From positions 3,446 through 67,445 of the IMG/VR virus record IMGVR_UViG_3300006750_000006: DNA of 64,000 nt. One strand, 5' to 3'. This DNA comes from a virus. Positions 42,214-50,639 of the stretch are shown here, one piece after another. Position 1 is the first letter of the stretch. Each line of letters begins with the position of its first letter. The notes beneath the pieces are model-generated. The model made no database searches and was not told the DNA's origin. It saw only the letters and a program-made list of their open reading frames with translations. The translations under genes and the position numbers were made by a program.

Positions 42214-43371
42214 ATGTCGTCTCACAAGCCCCAATACGGCAACTTTTTCAAATTTGAAAAAGATGATATATTCCACAACAGGCTCAAGACATATCCTGAG
42301 GTAGAGTTCTTTATTTATAGTGGATCTGTATACTATAATAATGAGAACCAGAATGCTATGAATCCAAACACACCAAATGGGTGTGTAAATTTATATGAAT
42401 TAAATGTTAATAAATCAGGTGATCAACTAATACACCCCTTTATAACAAAGGAGGGGTCTTTTACTAATTTTAAAACTATCTCAACGAGTGAATTTAATCA
42501 TGATTTTGTTTTCGGTGATGTAATATCTGGTTCTTATCCCTTAACAGCTTCTATTTCTGTTGACAGATATGATGCGGTACTGTCCACTGCGAAAAAGAGA
42601 GTGTTGTACGCTCTTCGAAATAGTTTAGATTTTAATTCTAAATTGAGCATGCATTATGCTTATTCTTCTGATTTAGGCGACAAAGAAACGCAACCATTAA
42701 ACTTGATTAGCGTTCCTTCTATTTTTTATGGCTCTAGCATAAAGAAGGGCAGTGTGGTGTTGAAATATTATGTTAGCGGTTCCCTCATAGCAGAGGCCTC
42801 GGACACTAAAAGAAATGGAGAATTAATTCAGACATCCGGGTCTTTGACAGGAAGCACGGTTGGTGTTGTATTATACAACGAAGGTTTTATGTTGCTAACC
42901 TCTAGCGTACCTATAGCGTTACATACAGAAAAATATTTAGAAGATCCAGTACTTCCTGCAGTTTCCGCTTCGTGGCAATATTTTGGTGTTACGGGATCAG
43001 GAGTGGGCGCCCCGTCTTCTAGTTATTCTATTAATTTTAAAGGTATAAACTATATTAATACTTTGACTATGTTTGCGCATGCGAAAGAAAATCAATTAAA
43101 TTTTTCGAATAATATAACTTTTCTCACTACTGCATCTTTTACCGCCGCTACTTCATCCACGACCTATATCGAGCCAGATAAAGCAGATATAAAAAATATC
43201 ATGTCCAGCAGTTACGCTACCTATTCGGCTAGCTATCAACCTGTGACTTATATTTCTAAAGTCGCGCTATATGATGAAGATAAAAACTTAATTGCGATTG
43301 CTGCATTGGCCAATCCTGTTAAAAAATTAGAAGATCGAAGTTATACATTTAAATTAAAGTTAGATATATAG
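42214..43371 (+). CDS. Virion structural protein, paralogue of the 41187 ORF
   Basis: VGVVLYNEG vs VGLIFYQAG. Ends YISKVALYDEDKNLIAIAALANPVKK..FKLKLDI. AAGGAG RBS. Confidence 0.6.
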   Translation: MSSHKPQYGNFFKFEKDDIFHNRLKTYPEVEFFIYSGSVYYNNENQNAMNPNTPNGCVNLYELNVNKSGDQLIHPFITKEGSFTNFKTISTSEFNHDFVFGDVISGSYPLTASISVDRYDAVLSTAKKRVLYALRNSLDFNSKLSMHYAYSSDLGDKETQPLNLISVPSIFYGSSIKKGSVVLKYYVSGSLIAEASDTKRNGELIQTSGSLTGSTVGVVLYNEGFMLLTSSVPIALHTEKYLEDPVLPAVSASWQYFGVTGSGVGAPSSSYSINFKGINYINTLTMFAHAKENQLNFSNNITFLTTASFTAATSSTTYIEPDKADIKNIMSSSYATYSASYQPVTYISKVALYDEDKNLIAIAALANPVKKLEDRSYTFKLKLDI

Positions 43372-43383
43372 TATAATTTATAT

Positions 43384-43932
43384 ATGATTTTTGGTTTAGA
43401 CATAAGCACCAGCATAACTGGCATTACTATTTTGGATGATGAGGGCGAAATCATCTTAAACGAAGCTTGGGATACAAGAAGATTTAAGAATTTTTTTGAA
43501 AAAGCTGATTTTATAAAAGAAAAAATAATTACTTTGCCCAAAAGACTTGGCCCCAACATTATAAAGGCAAAATGGGTTGACGCAATTTTTATAGAACAAT
43601 CTTTGCAGTCATTTAGATCTGGATTTTCGTCGGCCAAGACACTTTCAGCTTTATCACGTTTTAATGGCCTCGTCTCATGGCTACTTTATAACCATCTATA
43701 TACAGAGCCACAATATATTGCTGCGACATCAGCAAGAAAAATATGCGGGATTAAAGTACCAAGGGGCGAAAAGGCAAAACAAGTTGTTATAAAACATATT
43801 GTTGACAACGTACCAGATGTTCTTATAGAATATACTAAGTACAACAACCCGAAACCTGAATGCTACGATAAGGCTGATAGTTGGGTTGTTGCTAGAGCCG
43901 GCTGGTTGCAATGTCAAAAAACACCAAAATAA
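43384..43932 (+). CDS. RuvC-like Holliday junction resolvase
   Basis: IFGLDISTSITG, IFIEQ and DKADSWVVA supply the RNase H-fold acidic tetrad. Confidence 0.8.
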   Translation: MIFGLDISTSITGITILDDEGEIILNEAWDTRRFKNFFEKADFIKEKIITLPKRLGPNIIKAKWVDAIFIEQSLQSFRSGFSSAKTLSALSRFNGLVSWLLYNHLYTEPQYIAATSARKICGIKVPRGEKAKQVVIKHIVDNVPDVLIEYTKYNNPKPECYDKADSWVVARAGWLQCQKTPK

Positions 43933-44855
43933 ATATTTTAAAGAATACACTAGGCGAATATTATAGAAGCAATTCAGAGTATCTTTTTTATTGTCCTCGT
44001 TGTGAACATCACAAGCGCAAATTATCAATCAATATTGAAAAAAATATGTTTAAGTGCTGGGTTTGTGATTGGTCTGGCAGGAATATTTATCGTATTATTC
44101 GACGATATGGTTCTTTCCAGGATCGCAACGAGTGGAAGAGGTTTTTTGATCAAATAGAGATTGAGAATTTTGCTGAAAAGCTCTTTGGGAAAGAAGAGGT
44201 GGAAAAGGATCCCACCCTGCAGCTACCAGAAGGGTTTGTTTCACTCGTCAATAAAAATTTGCCACCGACGTCGCAGTACCCTTTAAATTATTTACAGAGT
44301 AGAAATGTAACAAAAACAGATATTATTAAATGGAAGATGGGATATTGTTTCGACGGTCAATATGGAGGCAGAATAATTTTACCTTCTTTCGACCTAGACG
44401 GAAAAATTAATTATTTTATTGCCAGGTCTTATTCCCCAAATACTTGGAAAAAATATATGAACCCACCGGTATCGAAAAATATTATTTTTAATCATTTATA
44501 TTTGGATTTTGATGAAGACATAATATTAGTTGAAGGCGTTTTTGACGCTATTGTAGCGGGTGACAACACGATACCTCTCTTGGGCTCGACTCTAAGAGAA
44601 AAACACAAGCTTTTTCAAGAAATTGTTCGCAATGATACTCCAATTTATATTGCTTTGGACACCGATGCCACGAAAAAAGAACTTGAAATTATTAAGTTAC
44701 TTTTGAAATATGATATTGAAATTTATAAAATTGATATTTCGCCCTATAAAGATGTTGGGGAGATGCCCAAATCTGTTTTTCTAGAGAAAAAACAAGAAGC
44801 AGCATTTATCAATTCCACGGACTATTTATTGAGAACAATCGGAGAAATTAAATAA
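43911..44855 (+). CDS. DNA primase (Zn-finger plus Toprim, DnaG/gp61-like)
   Basis: CPRC..H..CWVC zinc-binding domain, GRIILP..YFIAR, KYMNP, LVEGVFDAI, and ALDTDA (DxD). Confidence 0.88.
   Translation: MSKNTKINILKNTLGEYYRSNSEYLFYCPRCEHHKRKLSINIEKNMFKCWVCDWSGRNIYRIIRRYGSFQDRNEWKRFFDQIEIENFAEKLFGKEEVEKDPTLQLPEGFVSLVNKNLPPTSQYPLNYLQSRNVTKTDIIKWKMGYCFDGQYGGRIILPSFDLDGKINYFIARSYSPNTWKKYMNPPVSKNIIFNHLYLDFDEDIILVEGVFDAIVAGDNTIPLLGSTLREKHKLFQEIVRNDTPIYIALDTDATKKELEIIKLLLKYDIEIYKIDISPYKDVGEMPKSVFLEKKQEAAFINSTDYLLRTIGEIK
44822..44829 (+). promoter_or_regulatory. Putative late promoter CTATTTAT embedded in the primase 3' end
   Basis: 27 nt upstream of the 44857 ATG, with a GGAG RBS in between. Confidence 0.5.
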
Positions 44856-44856
44856 T

Positions 44857-45396
44857 ATGCTTCAAAAGTTGAATGAAGAAATCACCGCAGCCGCTATCGC
44901 TACAGCAATTATAACTGCCATTACCGAATTCGATATTTTACCAGAATTAGATGTCGATGTGACATCATGGCCGGATGGATCTGAGGGCGCACTAGAAGTA
45001 AAGTCCACCGAGGGTCTCAGAGTACGAAATCAGAACGTAGAAGCGCTATTAAAACAAACTAATGAATTACTACAAAATATGCAAGATATTTTAACAGTCC
45101 AAGTATCAAAGTTGGAAGATATGGATGTAAGTATTGATGGGAATACTGCCATGGTCGCCCAAACTGCCGGCGGCTCTATTTCGGGTGCAGATATCGAGGC
45201 AGCCCAGACAACTTATGGTCGCGCCGCTCCTCTGTCCATCACCACTACCAAAAAAGATACTCCTGAGAAAGCTCCAGAGAAAGAAGATCTTAAAGAAAAT
45301 AAAAGATCAGAAATCGATTATTGCGATTTAGAAAAAGTTGTGATAGAAGAGCTTAAAACGGTGTTATTAGAATTCTACAATGATGTAAAGAGATAA
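44857..45396 (+). CDS. Hypothetical protein, possibly head-internal
   Basis: Acidic, with KLNEE, DLKEN and LEKVVIEELKTVLLE motifs. Preceded by the late motif. Confidence 0.55.
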   Translation: MLQKLNEEITAAAIATAIITAITEFDILPELDVDVTSWPDGSEGALEVKSTEGLRVRNQNVEALLKQTNELLQNMQDILTVQVSKLEDMDVSIDGNTAMVAQTAGGSISGADIEAAQTTYGRAAPLSITTTKKDTPEKAPEKEDLKENKRSEIDYCDLEKVVIEELKTVLLEFYNDVKR

Positions 45397-45423
45397 AAAG
45401 TTTATTTCTTGATTTGTTTTTGT

Positions 45424-45432
45424 TGCTATAAT
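45424..45432 (+). promoter_or_regulatory. Sigma70-type extended -10 promoter TGCTATAAT
   Basis: Perfect TGnTATAAT in the intergenic gap before the nuclease gene. Confidence 0.55.
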
Positions 45433-45467
45433 ATCTATATGTTGTGTTCTACAGCATATAAGAGGTA

Positions 45468-48400
45468 TTGATGAAGTTTGCACACATAGCAGACACCCAC
45501 ATTAGAAATTTAAAATATCATAAGGAATATCGTGTTGTGTTTGACAGACTCTACAAGAGCCTGCGTCAGCAATCAGTTGATTATATTATTCATTGTGGGG
45601 ATATTGCACACACCAAAACACAATTAAGTCCTGAGTTTGTGGATATGTGTTCTGGTTTTTTAAAAAATCTAGCAGATATTGCCCCAACATATATTATCTT
45701 GGGTAACCATGACGGAAATTTAAGAAACTCTAGTCGTCAAGATGCGCTCACACCAATAATACAAGCATTAAATCACAAAAATCTTTTTTTGTTGAAGGAC
45801 TCCGGAGAAACTCAGCTAAACGACGAGTTCACCCTCAATGTTTTATCGGTTTTCGACAGAAAAAATTGGCAACCTCCTGTTAACTCGGACAAAATTAATA
45901 TTGCTTTGTATCATGGCTCAATTAGTGGTGTAAAAACCGATACTGGCTGGAAAATGGAGAACGGAGAAAATGATATTAATATTTTTGGTAATTTTGACTA
46001 TGGTTTTCTTGGGGACATACACAAAACCAATCAAACCATTGACAAAAAGGGAAAGATTCGTTATCCGGGCTCCATGATACAACAGAACCACGGGGAAACA
46101 AACGACAAGGGTTTTCTAATATGGGATATTGAAGACAAAGACTCTTTTACATGCGACCACCATGTTTTAAAAAACCCCAAACCTTTTTTGACGATCAAAT
46201 TAACCCCCAAGGGCAGATTTCCAAACAAACTTAAGGTGCAAAAGGGCGCTAGAATACGCCTGGTATCTGAAAACAACCTACCTATAGGTGTTGTACGTAA
46301 AGCCGTTGACGCTGCGAAGTCGAGGTTTAAACCAGGATCCGTAACTTACTTGAACCGCGCCGCCGGGGAGAGAAAAAACATTGAAGAATTCACCGATCTT
46401 CTGAAACAAGAAGATTTAAGAGATATAGCAGTACAAGAAGAATTAATTTCTGAATATTTGGTTGACTATCAACCAGAAGAAGATATACTTAAAAAAATAT
46501 ATGAAGTTAACAAAAAATATAATGCGGTTGCTGAGCGTGAAGAGGAAGTCCAGCGCAATATTAATTGGAAATTGAAAAAATTAGAATGGAGCAATTTATT
46601 TAATTATGGTGAAGATAATTCAATTGATTTTGGAAATCTAAATGGAATTGTTGGTGTGCTTGGAAAGAACTTTTCTGGGAAATCAAGTATTATCGATAGT
46701 TTGTTATACACAGTTTATAATGCTACTTCTAAAAACAATCGAAAAACAATTAATTTAATTAATCAAGATAAAGAAACATGTCGAGGATATGTTGAAATTG
46801 ATGTTGGGTCGAAAACTTATAAAATTGAAAGAACAAGTACTAAATATAAAAAGAAATTAAAGGGCAAAGAAACTCTAGAAGCTAGAACAGATATTGAGTT
46901 TACTGTAACTGATAATATCGCCAGAACTACTCACTCCCTTAACGGCATCACGCGAGTAGAAACTGATAAAAATATTAGAAAAATATTTGGCACAATAGAA
47001 GACTTTCTTATGACCTCCATGGCCAGTCAGTTAGATTCTCTAGCATTTATTAATGAGGGTTCAACTCGAAGAAAGGAGATTCTTGCAAAATTTTTGGATT
47101 TGGAATTATTTGATCGAAAATTTAAAATGATAAGAGAAGATTCGGCAGATCTCAAGGGCGCCCTCCGCCGCTTGTCCGACAGGGACTACGATCAAGAACT
47201 AAAGGAAACTAGAGAAGATCTTGCACGCTCGGAAACAGAATTATCTTTAAAAAATAGAAAGTTTAGTGAACTGGAAGAGAATATTGGTCAAAAATCAGGA
47301 GACCTGGAAACAACAAGTGATCAAATTAATTCCATTCCAGCAGAAATAATTGATATTAGAAATATTAAAAAGCAGATTAAAAAAAGCCAAGAAGAACTAG
47401 ATTCCCTTCTAGAAGATAACAAGGGTAAGCAAGGAGAGCTTGAATGTGAGAAGAAATTTCTTAAGAAGATCGAAAATTTTGTTGATAACTTCGACGTTAC
47501 GTCTTTTACTGATAAAAAACAGATTGTCGAGGAACATAAACGAAAAATTTTACAAATTGAAAAAGATCTTTCGCAACACGAAAAAGAAAAACAAGTAAAT
47601 GATAGAAAAATAGAATATTTGAAAAAAATACCATGTAGCCACGCCGCGCGGGCCCGCTGCTTGTTTGTTAAAGATGCTAGAACCGCTATCGATGACACTG
47701 CAAGAGTTAAAATATCTGCAAACCAGATGAGTTTAAATAGAAAAACATTAACTAAGAAAATAGAGGATTTAAATCCCAATAAGATTGATGAATACTTAGA
47801 AAAATATCAACTGATCTCAGTGAAACGTTCAGAACAAAAGAACAAAATAACCCAATTGGAGCTTGATTACGAAAGAAACAAAACAAAGATTCTCCGTCTC
47901 CAGGCCAATTTAAAAACCTTAAGCGCGAAAGAGCAAGAATACGAAGAAAACAAAGAGACAATTGAAAATTTAGAAAATTTATTAGTGAAGAAAGATGATC
48001 TTTTTGAAAACCTAAGAAAACTAGAAAATGCACACAAAAAAGACAAATTGAAGTTGATGGAACTATATAAGTCTAATGGAATATTGGAGCAGAAATTTAA
48101 TGAAATCGACAAGCAGAGGCAGGATTTTTATGATCTCGAAAATGAATTCACAATGGCTGATTTATTTATGCGATGCATGCATCCTAACGGCATATCTTAT
48201 GATATTATTAAAAGGCGATTACCAGTTATTAATGACGAGATTTCTAAAATTTTAACAAATATAGTTGATTTTGAAGTTTTCTTCGAGAATGATGAAAAAA
48301 AATTAGATATATCGATTAAGCACCCAAAACATGATCCGCGCCCAATCGAAATGGGTTCGGGGGCAGAAAAAACTATTGCAGCTATGGCAATTCGCTTGGC

Positions 48401-48626
48401 TCTGTTAAATGTTACAACCCTACCAAAGGGTGATATATTTATTCTGGATGAGCCAGGTACAGCACTAGACGCTGAAAACATGGAAGGGTTTGTTCGAATT
48501 CTTGAAATGATAAAAATCCAGTTCAAGACAGTATTGTTAATCTCTCATTTGGATAATTTAAAAGATGTCGTTGACCAGCAGCTGCTTATTGAAAAAATAG
48601 ATGGTTTTGCGTATGTAAATGAATAA
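45468..48626 (+). CDS. Fused SbcD/Mre11 nuclease - SbcC/Rad50 ATPase (T4 gp47-gp46-like)
   Basis: Phosphoesterase motifs DTH, GDIAH, GNHD and GDIH. Walker A GKNFSGKS, long coiled coil, signature GSGAEK, Walker B ILDEPGTALD, H-loop LISH. The true start may be the ATG at 45471. Confidence 0.92.
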   Translation: MMKFAHIADTHIRNLKYHKEYRVVFDRLYKSLRQQSVDYIIHCGDIAHTKTQLSPEFVDMCSGFLKNLADIAPTYIILGNHDGNLRNSSRQDALTPIIQALNHKNLFLLKDSGETQLNDEFTLNVLSVFDRKNWQPPVNSDKINIALYHGSISGVKTDTGWKMENGENDINIFGNFDYGFLGDIHKTNQTIDKKGKIRYPGSMIQQNHGETNDKGFLIWDIEDKDSFTCDHHVLKNPKPFLTIKLTPKGRFPNKLKVQKGARIRLVSENNLPIGVVRKAVDAAKSRFKPGSVTYLNRAAGERKNIEEFTDLLKQEDLRDIAVQEELISEYLVDYQPEEDILKKIYEVNKKYNAVAEREEEVQRNINWKLKKLEWSNLFNYGEDNSIDFGNLNGIVGVLGKNFSGKSSIIDSLLYTVYNATSKNNRKTINLINQDKETCRGYVEIDVGSKTYKIERTSTKYKKKLKGKETLEARTDIEFTVTDNIARTTHSLNGITRVETDKNIRKIFGTIEDFLMTSMASQLDSLAFINEGSTRRKEILAKFLDLELFDRKFKMIREDSADLKGALRRLSDRDYDQELKETREDLARSETELSLKNRKFSELEENIGQKSGDLETTSDQINSIPAEIIDIRNIKKQIKKSQEELDSLLEDNKGKQGELECEKKFLKKIENFVDNFDVTSFTDKKQIVEEHKRKILQIEKDLSQHEKEKQVNDRKIEYLKKIPCSHAARARCLFVKDARTAIDDTARVKISANQMSLNRKTLTKKIEDLNPNKIDEYLEKYQLISVKRSEQKNKITQLELDYERNKTKILRLQANLKTLSAKEQEYEENKETIENLENLLVKKDDLFENLRKLENAHKKDKLKLMELYKSNGILEQKFNEIDKQRQDFYDLENEFTMADLFMRCMHPNGISYDIIKRRLPVINDEISKILTNIVDFEVFFENDEKKLDISIKHPKHDPRPIEMGSGAEKTIAAMAIRLALLNVTTLPKGDIFILDEPGTALDAENMEGFVRILEMIKIQFKTVLLISHLDNLKDVVDQQLLIEKIDGFAYVNE

Positions 48627-48630
48627 AAAA

Positions 48631-48638
48631 CTATTTAT
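48631..48638 (+). promoter_or_regulatory. Putative late promoter motif CTATTTAT
   Basis: Intergenic, directly before an AGGAGG RBS and the lysis/packaging/head gene run. Confidence 0.6.
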
Positions 48639-48654
48639 TTAACAGGAGGTCAGA

Positions 48655-48852
48655 ATGATGACAGCAGTAAGAGCATGGTTAGATAAACATTTAGAAAGAT
48701 TTATATCCCGTAAATTTTTAGCATGGGGTACAGCAACTTATTTGGTTGCAAGTAATTCACTAACAAGTGAAGATTGGGTTGCAGTTACTTTGGCTTATAT
48801 TGGTTCTGAAGCACTTGTTGATATTGCAGCTCGCTGGAAACACGGAAGTTGA
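48655..48852 (+). CDS. Small membrane protein, holin-like
   Basis: 65 aa with an SRKFL motif and two hydrophobic segments. Tandem Met-Met start. AGGAGG RBS. Confidence 0.5.
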   Translation: MMTAVRAWLDKHLERFISRKFLAWGTATYLVASNSLTSEDWVAVTLAYIGSEALVDIAARWKHGS

Positions 48853-48853
48853 A

Positions 48854-49258
48854 ATGTTTACTAAAGTTTTCTGGAAAAAAGCGTGGACATGGCTTAAACA
48901 TTATTGGTATTGGCCTGTTATAATAGTATTATTAATATTTTCAACAGTCGCCGGCGCCAGCTCAAGAGAAAAGTTATTTGGTCTTCTCTCCAAACAAAAA
49001 GAAAACTATGAAAAAGAATTACAAATCGTTAAAGAAACAGTTGAAGAAACCGATAAGAAGAAAACTGAGATCTTCACGAAACACATAGAAGAACTAGAAA
49101 GAATAGAACAAGAGCACGATATTAAAATAGAAGAGCTAGAAGAAGACAAACAAAATGAACTTGCTAAGATTATTGAAGAAAATAAAGACACTCCGGATAA
49201 GTTAGCAGAAGAAATAGCTAGAATTCTTAGCGCAGAATATCATAAGAGTAACAGGTGA
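48854..49258 (+). CDS. N-anchored coiled-coil membrane protein, i-spanin (Rz)-like
   Basis: Likely start is the ATG at 48854, just after the holin-like stop. TM segment WYWPVIIVLLIFSTV is followed by a long charged coiled coil. Confidence 0.5.
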   Translation: MFTKVFWKKAWTWLKHYWYWPVIIVLLIFSTVAGASSREKLFGLLSKQKENYEKELQIVKETVEETDKKKTEIFTKHIEELERIEQEHDIKIEELEEDKQNELAKIIEENKDTPDKLAEEIARILSAEYHKSNR

Positions 49259-49261
49259 TTT

Positions 49262-49720
49262 ATGTTAAAAAAAATATTGGTATGTTTTCTCACTATTCTA
49301 ATAATAATTCTTCCAATTGAAGCAGCTGCAAATGAATTAGAGGGCAAAGTTACCTCTCTTACCTTAAACGAAAAGGCTCCCTATGCTGGTGTTTTGTTAG
49401 ACCCTATTGCTGCATCAAAAATGATTGTAGATCAAAGATATTTAAAATCAGAAATTGAACTTCAGCTAAGAAAAGAATTTCAGCAAGATCTAGCCAGCAA
49501 GAGACTGGCCTTCGATTTACTTAAGGTAGAATACGATTCTTTAAAAATAATACACAAAGAAACTCTTTCCTTGAGAGAACAGCAGATTAATGATTTGAAC
49601 GAACTCCTAAAGGAGGAGATGGGTGACGATCATACTGAATGGTGGGTCATCGGCGGCGTAGCTTTGGGAATTATACTTTCGGTAGCTGTATTTTATGCAA
49701 GTGTTGAAGTTGCTAAATAA
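49262..49720 (+). CDS. Secreted coiled-coil protein with C-terminal TM, spanin-like
   Basis: Signal peptide ending EAAA, APYAGVLL, a coiled coil, and C-terminal WWVIGGVALGIILSVAVF. Confidence 0.5.
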   Translation: MLKKILVCFLTILIIILPIEAAANELEGKVTSLTLNEKAPYAGVLLDPIAASKMIVDQRYLKSEIELQLRKEFQQDLASKRLAFDLLKVEYDSLKIIHKETLSLREQQINDLNELLKEEMGDDHTEWWVIGGVALGIILSVAVFYASVEVAK

Positions 49721-50115
49721 TGAAAAAGAAAGATATTGATTATGTAGCAAGATTAGAAAGAGCCATAAAAGAAAAATATGGTGAAGACACAATTCAAAAT
49801 CCGGCAAAATATTGGGATGAAAACAAAGAAAAAGAATATTTGGAGCAACTCAAGGAGTTTGCTGCAAAACAAAAAATTAAAGAAACAATTTCTGGTTTCG
49901 ATAATGTTGACGGTATTTTAATATCTCGTAAACTAATTAATAAAGAAGTACTTTTAAATTGCCCGACGTGCAAAAATAAAATTAAAACGATTAATGATGA
50001 TATATTTATCATTAAATATGAATGCTGCAATAAATGTTATATAAAATATGTAGAAGGGCGAGAAAATCGTTGGCTACAAGGATGGAGACCAAAAGATGTC
50101 AGAAAAAACACTTAA
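49720..50115 (+). CDS. Hypothetical zinc-binding protein
   Basis: CPTC...CCNKC motif. Confidence 0.6.
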   Translation: MKKKDIDYVARLERAIKEKYGEDTIQNPAKYWDENKEKEYLEQLKEFAAKQKIKETISGFDNVDGILISRKLINKEVLLNCPTCKNKIKTINDDIFIIKYECCNKCYIKYVEGRENRWLQGWRPKDVRKNT

Positions 50116-50638
50116 AGTAATAGAGGGAATTGCCCAGGCAGCTGCTGATAGCTACGACGGCGCCCTGGATGAAAAAGGCGAAGTAATTAAGATTGGTCTT
50201 AAAAGAGAAGAAGGCAATCCTTTAATAGATTCTAGGATGATGGATGGTTTCAAGGTACGCTGCAGCGGAACCAATATGATTTGTACTTACCAATCTCAGA
50301 TTAAATTACGAGATGTATATGCTACCAAGTTCGAAGATGAATTAGAGCGCACAATGGTTAGTATTGTGAAGCACCTTAAAAAGAGGTATAAACAAATTAC
50401 AGGTTCTGCTCTTGGACTTAAATCAGTTGGAGAAGTCGACGCTTTAGTACAAAAGTTGAATAATAATCTCGTTTTTGTTGTTGCAACAAAGGTATATAAG
50501 ATTTCTGGTATGGATGCAGAAGATAAAGCACAGCCTAGCGAAGATAATTTGGAGAAGGATTTTAAAAGCTTTCTTGAATTGGGTGGTTGGGGAAAGAAGT
50601 CTGCGAAGCCAAAGAATGTGACTCGTCGAACAGAATAA
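50096..50638 (+). CDS. Hypothetical protein upstream of terminase
   Basis: 180-aa ORF with a GGAG RBS, ending 1 nt before the terminase start. Confidence 0.6.
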   Translation: MSEKTLKVIEGIAQAAADSYDGALDEKGEVIKIGLKREEGNPLIDSRMMDGFKVRCSGTNMICTYQSQIKLRDVYATKFEDELERTMVSIVKHLKKRYKQITGSALGLKSVGEVDALVQKLNNNLVFVVATKVYKISGMDAEDKAQPSEDNLEKDFKSFLELGGWGKKSAKPKNVTRRTE

Positions 50639-50639
50639 C

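Noticed and set aside
43384-43932. RuvC-like ORF as a TnpB/Cas12-type effector or transposase
   Set aside because: Only 182 aa, with no zinc ribbon, REC/WED region, flanking ncRNA space or terminal repeats. Coupling to the primase fits a resolvase.
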